A DNA stretch of 63,852 nucleotides, counting the filler, from Octopus bimaculoides (lineage: Eukaryota): the NCBI RefSeq assembly GCF_001194135.2. It is 3 parts of 3 records of this genome, joined end to end, with 100 filler letters (N's around TTAATTAATTAA, not from the genome) between each part and the next. Parts side by side here need not be neighbours in the genome. Positions count along the whole stretch, not along the records: positions 1 to 21,205 come from NC_068983.1; positions 21,306 to 46,085 come from NC_068987.1; 1 more part is not named here. The stretch is one strand, 5' to 3'. A program made the position numbers and the translations under genes. A model generated the notes under the pieces. It was not told where the DNA came from. It did no database searches and saw nothing but the letters and a program-made list of their open reading frames with translations. Within the stretch, counting starts at the first letter, position 1, and every line of letters starts with the position of its first letter. Shown here in pieces: positions 12,836-25,474 of the stretch.

Positions 12836-14110
12836 TAAATATTACTACACATTACTTACGCTATTATAATGTCAATACTATTACAAGAATCTAGAAGCAA
12901 ATAATAAAACTATATTCATTGTAATACCAAAGCAACATCAACGGAAGAAAAGACGAAAACGCCATTAAAACTTATTTGTTGAACTCTTGTTAGGTAAATG
13001 ACGAGAGACATGTCAATATTAGTTAACTTTTATGAATGAGCGGAAACCACCACGGGAGGCTATTACATTAAGTATATTAGCACTTAATTAAACATTGTGA
13101 TACATAATCACATACACTCCGGTCATAATGTTTATATTTCATGCCAACTCGTATACAATTCTTGTACATCTATACTGTAAATATCTATCACAATAACTAG
13201 CAAGTATTGGACAGGTTTATGTTACACTGAGAAGGTTTAATAAAACCGAAATATGTTTCTGGTTACCATTGTGCTTGCAAAACATTTCATTAAGTTAATA
13301 TTAATTCTCGAGCTAATGCTTTTATCCCATCATAGCATGAGTAATTTGAATATTAATTTATCAATATTTCGGAGTTTTGACATCTTTGCTTTAATCAAAT
13401 TTTATTAACATCAATTAATCTACATATATTCAACCTCACATCATTGTAAATGTCTTATTCACTACGTAAAGTATATTAGCACGTACCCATCTAGGTTTAT
13501 GTTAGTTTTACTAGAAGTGAGCCATGGTAGATGTAGTAAATCTCTTTTTATTTCAAAGCACATTAACATTATGTTTTTATTTATTTCTCGAACTGTATTC
13601 CTACCGATACATAGTACCACTTGTCTTTGTGGATTCGTGTATTTAACTTTGTTTCATACATAAATAAGCTTCACAAAAGAATCAACAGCTCGTGCCAATT
13701 TGTTAAGTGTGTAGATGTACAGTAGCGAATCCTAATCAAGCCATTTTACCACACAATACAGCAGAAAATAAAAGAAAAGAAAATGAAACAATAAGGGAAA
13801 ATGTAAAGCAGCATTAGAAAATAGGATGAAAATCAGACTTGGTGAATGGAATTCAGAGAGGAAACAAAGAAAATGTTTGTGGTTCGTAGATTATGTCGAA
13901 ATCTGAGTAAACTGCGACAGTAGATATGAAGGCACCGAAACATTGATTGTATTAGTTATTTATTAGCTTAAAACTATTGATTCATTCTGAGGTTGCGACA
14001 TTTTCTTCGGCGAAAGAAAGTGAAGGGTTTGGATGAACAGCTTTATTAGCTAAAACATACCTTTTTGCACCTTTTAATTTGGTCTGAAATTTAGGAGAAA
14101 TAGGAACGCG

Positions 14111-15330
14111 ATGGAGACAAATATGGTTGTTGCTATTGAAGATTTACTGTGCGACAGAAATTATATTCATACTAAGGTACGTAGTAACGAACATGTTTCG
14201 GAGTTCAAAATTATGGCTGTTTGTGAGGGATACAAAAAAGAACCCAATACAGTAGAAAATGAAAAGAAAGGGAAGAAGAAAGAGAAAATACGGAATGACA
14301 TTAAAAAAGAGATTGGAAATTTTGTCTAGGTAACCGGTTACGGGATGTGAGAGGTGTACCTCACAGGAAACATCGAAATTTCTGAAAGAGTAAACTTAAA
14401 GCCATATAAGGTCACTTATACTGTTTGATGTAATTGTATAAAGGATCTATCTAGATTACTTTTCCTATTTCGTCCACAAATTTCTCAAGTGGCAATCAAC
14501 AATAAACAAAGGTTTCACAAAATTGGTTTCAAATTTTGGCGCAAGGCCAGCAATTTCGGGTGAGGGGATTAAGTCGATTAGATCGACCCCCAGTTCTCAA
14601 CTGGTACTTATTTTATCGACTCCGAAAGGTTGAAAAGCAAAGTCGATTCCGGCAGCATTTGAACTCAGAGCGTAAAGACGGACGAAATGCTGCTAGTCAT
14701 TTTGCCCGGCGTGCTAACGATTCTGCCAGCTCGCTGCCTTGTTTCGTAAAAAATAAGCATTGCTATAGAGGAAAAACAAATAAATCAAACAGAATCCAAA
14801 GATAATATACGTGGGATATATATGCTAGCAAACTTTGGGAAATCTGAATCAGAAATTACAAGGATTGATATAGAAAACGCTGACTTTATAATTGCATTTC
14901 ATTTGCCATCTCTCTCCTCCATGTGACTCGAATAAGATTGAAAACATTTCTGCAGTTTTCGCAACATACTGATATAAAAAGAAATGTTGATAACGAAACA
15001 CGAAAACGATTTACAAACGTTATGGACGGTCCGTCCTACAATATGGAGTTGAAACACGGAAATTAACAAAAGTATTATCAAACAGATTAACAAACAGATA
15101 TATATACACAAAGAGAAAAGTGTTAGTAATATGCTATGAATAGAATATAAACTGAATGATAAAGATCTGATATCAAAAAGTTACGAACATTATATTAGAC
15201 AGCATCAAAGAGAGAAATCTAAAACATTTTGGATGCTTAATTGGAAAAGAATGAATGAGAAAAGAAGGAGAAACCTAGAATTACGTTGATAAATACCATC
15301 AAGAATGGGAAACACTCAATATACAATGAA
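14111..15330 (+). mobile_element. Decayed RTE-like LINE RT/C-terminal remnant interrupted by a SINE
   Basis: Fragments such as LQYGVETRKLTKVLSNRL match the L.YG.ETW.L pattern; many stops. Confidence 0.45.
14525..14738 (-). mobile_element. SINE family A copy
   Basis: Same body as the 12210-12835 copies; the head reverse complement GCCAGCTCGCTGCC is at 14725-14738. Confidence 0.85.
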
Positions 15331-15538
15331 TGTATAAGAACATCACAAGAAAAACCGAGAAAGCGATCCATGGTGAGAATGTGTGAGAGATATTTAACGA
15401 TGAGGATCATAAGATATAAAACAACTACTTTAATGTAACATTCGGTTTTTTTTTTTTTTTTGTCTTCTTTGATAACAATTGATAATAAGAAAACAGGTCA
15501 GAATTGCCAAGACATATGCATGCGCACAAACACGCATT

Positions 15539-15580
<42 letters not shown>

Positions 15581-16344
15581 CGTAAAATGAAAAGGAAACG
15601 GAATGTATCTTTCGTTGGTTTCGACGATGGTTATTACAATCGTCCGATCAACGGGACTGCTTACTCAAGGAATTATGTGTAAATATAAGTGGTTAGAGAT
15701 TCCAGGGATATTTGTAATACTAATATAATTTTCAAGCAGAAGCAGCATGGTACAATGTATGACAAAGCACTGTCTTCCATAGTTTCCGTCCACCCATTTT
15801 CACCCAGAAGGTTTGGGTCAAGCTGAGACGTTGGAAGAAGCAACACGTTTAATATTCCACAGTGGAAAGGAACCAGAAGTCTGAAGATTGCAAAACGATA
15901 TGCTTACCACACTACTATGACGACAGAAGCACGTCACATACATTCATACAAATATACACACATGCCTGTAGGCAAACATTCTCAAGATAGAGTGACAGAC
16001 ACACACACACGTGTGTGTGTGTGTGTGTGTGTGTGTTTGTGTCTTTATATATGATTCTCGGATAGGGCAAGGTTGCTTGAGTCAACTTTCATAACACTAT
16101 TCTTCCAAGGACGTGGGCACTCAGTGAATATACTGTGGTTTTGTTAAAGAATTTGACCAAATCGATCATAACCTTCTGCCGTACTTTAAAAGATCTTATC
16201 ACAGAAAAGCCTGCCCTATGATTCTTCGACATTTTACAAGGTAGAAATCAATTTATAGCTGCCAGTGATATTTTTTTCAACCAAGACACCTGTAATAAGT
16301 GATATGATGCTATGGTCACTATTTTTCATCATTGCACTATATTC

Positions 16345-16569
16345 TTTTATTCTTTTAATTTTTCAGTTATTTGACTGCGGTCATGCTGGAGCACCGCCTT
16401 AAGTCGACCAAATCGACTCCAGGACTTATTCGTTGTAAGCTTAGTACTTATACTATCGGTTTCTTTTGCCAAATCGCTAGGTTACAAGGACGTAAACACG
16501 CCAACATCGGTTGTCAAGCGATGGTGGGGGAACAAACACAGATACACAAATACATACGTACATACATAC

Positions 16570-16607
<38 letters not shown>

Positions 16608-16772
16608 TTACGACGGGTTTCTTTCACTTTCCGTCTCCCAAATCCACTCAAAGGCTTTGGTCGATCCGAGGCTATAGTAGAAAACACTTGCCCAGGGTGA
16701 AACCCAGTGGGACTGAACCCAGAATCATGTGGTTGGGAAGCAAGCTTCTTACCACACAGCCACTCCTGCGCC
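16345..16772 (-). mobile_element. SINE family B (tRNA head, CORE-like CCTTGGGCAAGT motif, internal microsatellite)
   Basis: The minus strand reads GGCGCAGGAGTGGCTGTGTGGTAAG...GGGTTCAGTCCCACTG...CTGGGCAAGTG. Related copies are at 27005, 36910, 51140, 52325, 56905 and 62110. Confidence 0.85.
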
Positions 16773-17528
16773 TATAAAGCATAAGGTTTCAGATACTTCC
16801 ACCCAATGTAACGAATTATGTCGGTGACACAACAAACGTCGATGGCAATCAAAACTGCAGATGTTAGCACGTTCCGAATGAGCTAAATCTGATAGACAGA
16901 TACATGGTAATAATTATATAATTCAAAGCATTGACATTTTGGGTAAATGCAGAATGGATTGGCAGAGAATAAATTACATTATGATAAACTAGTATTGAGT
17001 ATATTATGCTGATGCTTTCGTAAAATACCCAGTCTAATACAATAAATTATGGAATTACAATACCTTGGTAAAAATACTTCCAGTTGAAAACCTTAATTAC
17101 CTGAGACTTCTTGAAGTGCTACATACGTATTCTCTCGAACAACGAAGTAGAGAGAGATATACTGCCATATACATCTAAACATAGAGATACATATAGGTAT
17201 GTATGTATGCACGTACATACAAAAATACATATATGTTAAATGTGTGTGTGTGTGTGTGTGTGCGTTTGTGTGTGTGTGTGTGAGTGTTGACGTATCAACG
17301 CATAGGTAAGTCTATTTCTCATATTTTCATTGCATTGCTCATGTGTATCTTTATTGTGAGTTTCTGGTGGGTTTCGAGCCTTGGCCTTGATTTTAGCAAG
17401 TGGTATTATATACCCTGCTGTATCAAAAGTTGTCTTACATTGTGCCTGTAATGGTGTGAACTTGCTGGCCACCTTATTATTACCTTATAAATATTATCAA
17501 TAATGGTAATAATACATCTTTATTTATT

Positions 17529-17576
<48 letters not shown>

Positions 17577-19023
17577 NNNNNNNNNNNNNNNNNNNNNNNN
17601 NNNNNNNNNNNNNNNNNNNNNNNNNNNNNNNNNNNNNNNNNNNNNNNNNNNNNNNNNNNNNNNNNNNNNNNNNNNNNNNNNNNNNNNNNNNNNNNNNNNN
17701 NNNNNNNNNNNNNNNNNNNNNNNNNNNNNNNNNNNNNNNNNNNNNNNNNNNNNNNNNNNNNNNNNNNNNNNNNNNNNNNNNNNNNNNNNNNNNNNNNNNN
17801 NNNNNNNNNNNNNNNNNNNNNNNNNNNNNNNNNNNNNNNNNNNNNNNNNNNNNNNNNNNNNNNNNNNNNNNNNNNNNNNNNNNNNNNNNNNNNNNNNNNN
17901 NNNNNNNNNNNNNNNNNNNNNNNNNNNNNNNNNNNNNNNNNNNNNNNNNNNNNNNNNNNNNNNNNNNNNNNNNNNNNNNNNNNNNNNNNNNNNNNNNNNN
18001 NNNNNNNNNNNNNNNNNNNNNNNNNNNNNNNNNNNNNNNNNNNNNNNNNNNNNNNNNNNNNNNNNNNNNNNNNNNNNNNNNNNNNNNNNNNNNNNNNNNN
18101 NNNNNNNNNNNNNNNNNNNNNNNNNNNNNNNNNNNNNNNNNNNNNNNNNNNNNNNNNNNNNNNNNNNNNNNNNNNNNNNNNNNNNNNNNNNNNNNNNNNN
18201 NNNNNNNNNNNNNNNNNNNNNNNNNNNNNNNNNNNNNNNNNNNNNNNNNNNNNNNNNNNNNNNNNNNNNNNNNNNNNNNNNNNNNNNNNNNNNNNNNNNN
18301 NNNNNNNNNNNNNNNNNNNNNNNNNNNNNNNNNNNNNNNNNNNNNNNNNNNNNNNNNNNNNNNNNNNNNNNNNNNNNNNNNNNNNNNNNNNNNNNNNNNN
18401 NNNNNNNNNNNNNNNNNNNGTTCTTCATCCTTTCTGTTTTTCTGTCCCTTTTCCCGTTCCCCTCTCTCTCTCACTCCTCCTCTTCCTCCTTGACTCTCTC
18501 GCCGCTGACATGTGACGAAAGGGGTTCTTTCTTTCTGCCCACTGGTCTTCCTAAAGAACAGGCGTGTTTTTTTTCTGTCTTTTCTACTTACAATAATGTT
18601 TCTATCGTCTTGGCTCAACAGCCCTCACCGTTTGTTTTTACTGTCTTGTTCTAACTGTCCTGTTCTTGTTAACACTTTCACCCTCCGCAAAAAATTCCAA
18701 ATTTTATTTAATTTGCTTTGCGGGAAGGACTGTTCCAACGAAGTCACGTATTGGCCTTACCTTCGAAACGCGGAGTGGTTGGAACAGGGACAACTGACGA
18801 AGGGATGTACTCTTTATGTTGCATGTCTCGTTTCTCTGATTGTTTTTTTACGTTGCTCGAAAAAAAGTTCGTTTTCTGTTTTCGTTTTTCTGTTTTCGTT
18901 TCTCATTGTGTTTAACGTTTTTTAATGTCCTGTACCCATCTATACATGTATGTATACATATAGATGTAGGTATGTATATATATATATATGTATGGATATA
19001 TGCATATATCTATATGTTATTTA

Positions 19024-19080
<57 letters not shown>

Positions 19081-19158
19081 TAATATATTATATATACGAT
19101 ACATCATATATATAAATAATATACATATGTATAAAGTATAAATATATATATATATATA

Positions 19159-19887
19159 CTAGCAATGCATCCCGGCGTTGCCCGGGTGTTATGACCTACA
19201 AGCACATTGAATTATTTGCCCCTTTCTTATGGGCAGAATCGGCACAGCTGATACATAGTTAATGGAATAATGGAAGTTATTGTTTGTTAAATAGTGAAGG
19301 GCGAGGGTACAATTTGCATGAAAGTACTTTCTGTTCTTTAGAAGGATCAGAAACTATGTATTGTTTCATCGTATAAAAGAGGGGTTAATATGATTTTGTC
19401 CAGAAATTACGTTTTCATTATCTAAATTTCCCCATATCCCCACCGCAATTTCTTAATTTGTAACTTATTTTTCGAATTTTTTGTTATCTACGTAGAAAAA
19501 TACAGATATTACGAATCTGACAATTTTTTATAGTTTAATTTTTCTTAAAGAATCACTCAATGCCCCCTCCTCCACCTCACCCACCCTTCACCTACCAGCT
19601 TTCAAAGAGCTAAAATCTTCCAATCTTTTACTTTTGGCTGATGTTTCCCGCATGCGTAAAATTCTACTGAAATAGTAGATTTAAAAATACCAGACTACCA
19701 CCAGAAAACCCGACATAGTAGAAACGACTTTATTTCTGAAGAAACTTCCCCGTTTTCCAAAAAGCTAAAAGTGAAACATTGGGAGTGTGTAGCTTTTTGA
19801 AAGTGGTGAGGTAATGGGTATAATTGCTTTCTTTTAGTAACTGTTGCACATCTAATTAATAAGCAGCTTTCTCCATTATAATATAGA
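19159..19887 (-). mobile_element. Complete non-autonomous Helitron (729 bp)
   Basis: On the minus strand: 5' A|TCTATATTATAA, and a 3' hairpin CCCGG-GCAACG-CCGGG followed 8 nt later by CTAG|T; inserted between A and T. Confidence 0.9.
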
Positions 19888-19973
19888 TATTACGAGTAAT
19901 GAAGTTTTTTAATGACTACAATTGTTAGACGATACACATGAATTAATGTGACAGAGCGCTTGTACTTGTCGTA

Positions 19974-19974
<1 letters not shown>

Positions 19975-20042
<68 letters not shown>

Positions 20043-20050
20043 GTGTGTGT
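19975..20050. repeat. (GT)n microsatellite
   Basis: Direct reading. Confidence 0.95.
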
Positions 20051-20220
20051 ATAGATATTAAAAACACAAAAAATTCAAATGTAGGTGCAAACGTGTCATT
20101 ATTCCTTGCGTCATATTTCTATATCCTGAATTTATAAATTTTTTTCTTAAATACATGCAACGGGATTCAACACAGTAAACGTGAGCCCAATTGTCTGACA
20201 ATTCATTGGTCAGTCGAGTG

Positions 20221-20540
20221 CTATAGAAGAAAAGACTTATTTAATTCAAGCAGTCGCGCACTGGGTATGAACACATCCTGTATTGGAAGCAACATCAAAA
20301 ACTCCACATTCGCACCAAGGAACACGTTCGACCAGACCTGCAGAAACGCCAGCCCCTGGATTTCACAATATACATCAGGGACACTAAACATAGTATTAAC
20401 ATCCTTCGAACCAAGGAGGCCATCGTCATACAAAAGTTGGCCAGGCTACCAGTCTGAGCTTGTCAAAATCCTATCTCGTCTATCATTTCTTCACGTGCCC
20501 TGATGAAAAGGCCATAACACCGAAATATCGAAATACAAGG
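20221..20540 (+). mobile_element. 3' end of a Penelope-like element (GIY-YIG endonuclease remnant)
   Basis: Frameshifted SCIGSNI / KLHIRTKEHV ... ILRTKEAIVIQKL matches YIG.T.R.L..R.KEH and LR.KEA..I of PLE GIY-YIG domains; followed by CTGATGA...GAAA. Confidence 0.7.
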
Positions 20541-20938
20541 TAAACAAACAACCGTTGTTTTGTTTTCACTTATGTTGTTCATTTATCATTTTCCATGTTT
20601 GAGCCTTATCATATATATTGCCTCCGACAACTACTCCTGAATCTTCTCTGAGATATATATTTCCTACCTGCTGCAAAATATATTGCCTACCAGAACCAAC
20701 ACTTATCCGCCAGGAATTAACCATATTTTCCAGCTGCTTCACAATTGAGTCTAAGTCCCTGTTCAGAGATGTGGTAATTATCTCTGTCGTGTGGATGCAG
20801 TGAGAACGTCTACTGTGTCCCTTCCTGATGGCTACGGCTTCATAATCTCCGTTGCAGCTGTTCGTGCAACATAATATGTTCGTTACATTGTTTAATGTAC
20901 AGCCAGCCAGATTTCTGAATACCTTATTTTTTTCTAAC

Positions 20939-20971
<33 letters not shown>

Positions 20972-21001
20972 TGTATGTATGTATATATATATATATGTAT
21001 A

Positions 21002-21037
<36 letters not shown>

Positions 21038-21078
21038 TATATATCATCAAATTTAACCTGAACAGCCAGTATGTATAT

Positions 21079-21125
<47 letters not shown>

Positions 21126-21205
21126 GTAATTATATATACATATATGCATGTATAAATACACACACATACTACACGTACGTATGTATTTGTATATAAATAT
21201 ATATA

Positions 21206-21305
21206 NNNNNNNNNNNNNNNNNNNNNNNNNNNNNNNNNNNNNNNNNNNNTTAATTAATTAANNNNNNNNNNNNNNNNNNNNNNNNNNNNNNNNNNNNNNN
21301 NNNNN
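21206..21305. other. Artificial scaffold linker: 44 N + TTAATTAATTAA + 44 N
   Basis: Exactly 100 bp, with a palindromic 12-mer that gives stop codons in all six frames. Confidence 0.95.
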
Positions 21306-21458
21306 TCGAAATGGTGTCTTTTATGTGCCACCCACACAGGCCAGTCCAGGGGCACTGGCAACGATCTCACTCGAAAATCCTACGGGAGCCAGTCAGGCGG
21401 TACTGGCAACGGCCACGCTCAAAATGGTGCATCTCATGTGCCACCCGCACAAGAGCCA
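21306..21458 (-). mobile_element. Fragment of RTE-associated 3' UTR/SINE tandem-unit region
   Basis: Starts TCGAAATGGTGTCTTTTATGTGCC, the sequence at which the copies at 46186, 55418 and 63852 break. Confidence 0.75.
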
Positions 21459-21810
21459 TATATATACATATGTATATATATATATATATATACATATGTA
21501 TATATATATACATATATATACATATATATATATACATATATATATATACATATGTATATATATATATATACATATGTGTATATATATATATACATATGTA
21601 TATATGTATATACATATGTATATATATATACATATGTATATATATTTATTCATGTATATACACAAACACGCACACGTATGTATACACACATGCATATTCA
21701 CATACACAAGTTTACTTATACATCTATATATATATATATATATATACACACACATATTTACAATATGCATACATATATAATTCATACACATATGTATATA
21801 TATATTTATG
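21459..21810. repeat. (AT)-rich compound microsatellite with TACATATGTA units
   Basis: Direct reading. Confidence 0.95.
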
Positions 21811-21974
21811 GTAAAACATTATTTTACATATCAATTCAAATCTAAATAAAAGAATTTATATCTCAATAAAAGAGTTTATAATATGAAACCCACATACACT
21901 TTATTTAAATACAGGGGAGATAACTATTTCCATTTGTAAACAAAATGAAAAACGAAACCAACAAAAACAATTTA

Positions 21975-22225
21975 TCAGGTCATCCCATAAGCTCTGTCCA
22001 AATTTTGAATAAAGTAAACAAGTGATCAAATGTTATATTTAATTGAAATTTAATCATCAATGTACTTTCCCTGATTATCTATGACTTCCTTCCATTTATT
22101 TACAAGCTTTTTAATCCCATCAATGTAAAACTCTTTTGGTTTCAAAGCGAAAAGCTCTGAAATGTCAGTTTCGACCTCTTCCTGGCTTGCTAAAGTTCCC
22201 AGATCTCAAGATTATTGAACATTTA
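21975..22225 (-). mobile_element. Mariner 3' end fragment
   Basis: The minus strand gives LASQEEVETDISELFALKPKEFYIDGIKKLVNKWKEVIDNQGKYIDD*, a typical mariner C-terminus. A terminal repeat follows TA at 21973-21974. Confidence 0.8.
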
Positions 22226-22724
22226 TGATGCATTTTAGAAAAACAAGTAAGGAGTCAATATCCTCCACCATCATCACTACAAGAACTGGAGACTGTTTTA
22301 GCTGAATTCAAGCTGCAATTACTGCCAAAGTTTTTACATCTGGATGCTCTTCCGAACACCAACCCCGTTACAGTTTGGACTGGATGTTTTTTACCTGGCA
22401 TCAGCACTTGCAGGGTCACAAAGTAACTTGCTAGGCCAAAATCCTTTTAGGGGGGAGGGAGCATTGGAGGTGATCTTGTGTCAGATGATGAAAGGTTACA
22501 GTGAGACAAAGAGACAGAAACAGGTGTCTTGCTGCAGAAGAGGTACAAGGTTACCCGCCTAATCTCATTAAATATATTAACATAGTTATGTGTAGAACAG
22601 CCATGTTATAGTGACAACAAAAATGTTACCGTCCAGTATTGTTACTACTTATATCTCTCGTTGATGAAATTTTAACCCGAACATAACAGATAAGCATTAT
22701 TTAGAAAATGATGTCACACGTTAT

Positions 22725-23248
22725 CTAGGCTACCATTCTTTCTGGATGTGCAAAAGGGGATGACGTCTTTATTCCAAGAATTCCTCTTACTCCATCAGGA
22801 GCAGACATTCCTTTTACATTCAGAAGACTACAATTCCCCCTTCGTGTGACTTTTGCCATGTCCATAAACAAATATCAGGGTCAAACACTGTCTGTAGCTG
22901 GTCTTCTCTTGGAAGAGCCCTGCTTCTCACATGGACAACTGTATGTTGGCTGCTCAAGAGTGGGCAGCAACAAAAAACCTATTTGTATATGCTCCACAAG
23001 GGAAAACAAGGAACATAGTTTACAATGAGGTGTTATAATCACAACAGCAAGAAAGTATGTACATGATCACCTTCTTTTACGAAACTTCATTGACTTTCAT
23101 ATATTTATATTGATATACATATATATACGTGTGTTTGGGTGCGTGTGTGTATATACATCTCTATATATAAAGATGATGCGTAGTCTAGACGGTGTTTTTA
23201 GATTTCATTATTCTCTTTAACCCGGGCAACGCCGGGTATTTCTGCTAG
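22725..23248 (+). mobile_element. Helitron RepHel 3' remnant (PIF1 helicase C-terminus) with terminal hairpin
   Basis: Reads GCAKGDDVFIPRIPLTPSGADIPFTFRRLQFPLRVTFAMSINKYQGQTLSVAGLLLEEPCFSHGQLYVGCSRV; hairpin at 23221-23236 and CTAG at 23245-23248, followed by T. Confidence 0.9.
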
Positions 23249-23399
23249 TTTCTAATAAAATGAAAGGAATATATGATAATATTACTATCAAACAACAAAA
23301 TATAGTTATGCCATATTCCTATTGTGAAACTGTCCAAAGCACCCTTTACACAAGGACACTTTGCAAAACGAACACATGAGGTCTTCAACTGATATCCTT

Positions 23400-24395
23400 T
23401 CAATTATTTTCTTTTTTGCAGAGAACACAGTCTGCAAACATTTTTCCTTCCATATATTCTTTCCACTTTATGGAAGTCAATATTTTCTCTGTTGACATCC
23501 ACCTCAGTTAATTACATTTTTCTCCCAGTTCTGTGCTTTCTGGAAGCAAAGTCCTCATGTAACTGAAATGCAATGTCAAGTCAGAATTTCAAATGGTCGT
23601 AGTCCTTTGGTGGCAGAGGTACCTTGTAGCTTTCTACACAAACAATATATAAATTAACTATAGTTAGACATAATGCTGGAGATACATCGATCACCATACC
23701 TAATATCAGGATTCCAGAGGTTCCACAGTTGAGGAAGCTGCTTGATACCAAGCTTAATGTTTATATTAAAAAAGGCTTGCATTCCCACAGCATCAGTTGA
23801 ATGCCATAGTAGATCGGGTTTTCCATGAATAGAAATTATGCGTTGAGCATATTTGTTTCTTTCATGACAATTTTTAAAAAAATCTTTGCAGTAAAAATGA
23901 AAATAAATAGTCCAATGGTTGAGCATTTGGAGAGAGACTGTATTGTGGACAAGTCTTTTCTGTGAAATTTGGAATTGTGGTTGATGTAGTAGTCTTCAAC
24001 CATGTTGCCGCAATGTTTTCAATATCATTTTCATCACTTTCATTATCAAAATCTTCCTCATCCGACAAAGATTCACAAATGTCAATATGAGAAATCACTG
24101 TTGTTTTCGTTTATATTTTGTACATCATCAAGAGTAAAACTTCCGAAGTCGGAATCGCTACTTGCTGACGCCAGATCATTAAAAACTAAGAAGTCTCAAA
24201 AATTTCATGACATTTCTACTTGAGTAAAGGTGGGAAAGGTTTTATCTCACATTATCTCAAAGCTATGAGAATTCAATAATGTGATATGCTTATTTTTTTA
24301 GCAATTTCGTAGAGGAATCAGATACGGCCAGATTTGGCCAGTTCAAACAAATAAAGGGGAATGATTTTCAACTGGTCTAAACAGTAAAGAGTTAA
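23400..24395 (-). mobile_element. Internally deleted piggyBac-like transposon
   Basis: Acidic N-terminus, PLDYLFSF, NKYAQ and AFFNINIKLG..LWN motifs fused to C-terminal residues; TTAA at 24392-24395 next to a CTCTTT terminus. Confidence 0.75.
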
Positions 24396-24449
24396 ATAAT
24401 GATGATATATTGTGTGCAACATGAGTGTGTATGAAAGAATTAGTACAAA

Positions 24450-24715
24450 GGCCCTGAGAAAAAAACTGGGCATAAGAAGAATCAGATGTTCAAGAAAGAA
24501 GACTGCCCTGGTATGAACGTATGATGTGTATGGATAAGGATAGCTGAATAGGGAAGTGCCAATTACTTAATGTAGCTGGAACTTGCAGACAAGAGAGACC
24601 CAGGAAGACATAGGATGAAGTGGTGAAGGCTGACACAAGGTCCTGAGCCTGATAGAAGAGATGACAAAGTACAAGAATCTCTGGCAATATGAGATTCTTG
24701 AAAAGACTTGCTGTC
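24450..24715 (+). mobile_element. RTE LINE C-terminal fragment
   Basis: A degenerate match to the better-preserved copy at 59926-60600. Confidence 0.65.
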
Positions 24716-25474
24716 TTCAGTGAAACTGAATTTTGGAAGTGTTATGTTTCCTGTTCTCCACCCATCTCATGCATTATGTTTTCCTCTCCCCACAACTGGT
24801 TTCAGAAGATTATCCAACCATGTCATATCTCTTTTGCACTCCTCCACTGTAACTACATCATCATTATTATTCCTGCCTCTTGCTCCTCCACTTACTCTCT
24901 CTTCTGCATCCCACTATCTTTCTCAACTCATGGTTCTACGTTCATCCATCCTTCAACCCTACCCATTTTGGCAGTCTGCCTCCCACCCCTTCATTCTTCT
25001 TTCCATATAATCTTGCAAACCACCCACCCACTTCTACTCAGCTTGTGCCTTGTGGTGCTGCCTGGGCACCTCATTACCATTATCTGTCTCTTGCAGCTCA
25101 TACTGATTATTTACCCATTCTCTCTCCCCCATATCTTCTATTAGATAACCATGTAAATTCTTCTAAAAGAACCTGATTTGTCCATGTGCCTTTTCATAGC
25201 CATCTCTTCATCTCCTAGTATGAACCTGACCTCTCCAAATTCCTCTAGGCTTCATAGTCCTGTGAATTGCATGGCAACCTCAATAGTGCAGGTAACATGA
25301 GAAAAAGCAGCCAGTTCATGCTGTTGTGGTTGGCACTGAGAAGGGCATCCAGCTGTGGAAAACATACCAAAGCAAACATTGGAGTATGATGCAGTTCTTG
25401 GACATATCAGATCCACTCAAACTGTCCAACTCATGCCAACATGGAATATGGATGTTAAATGGTGGTGATATATA

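Noticed and set aside
18740-18815. GAAAC...CTGACGA arrangement resembling a type II hammerhead
   Set aside because: The only good pairing (CCTTC/GAAGG) consumes core bases, and stems I and III do not form.
20221-20433. Minus-strand ORF MYDDGLLG... as a possible XPOT or EIF2B5 N-terminus
   Set aside because: There is no real similarity; the opposite strand is better explained as a Penelope GIY-YIG remnant.
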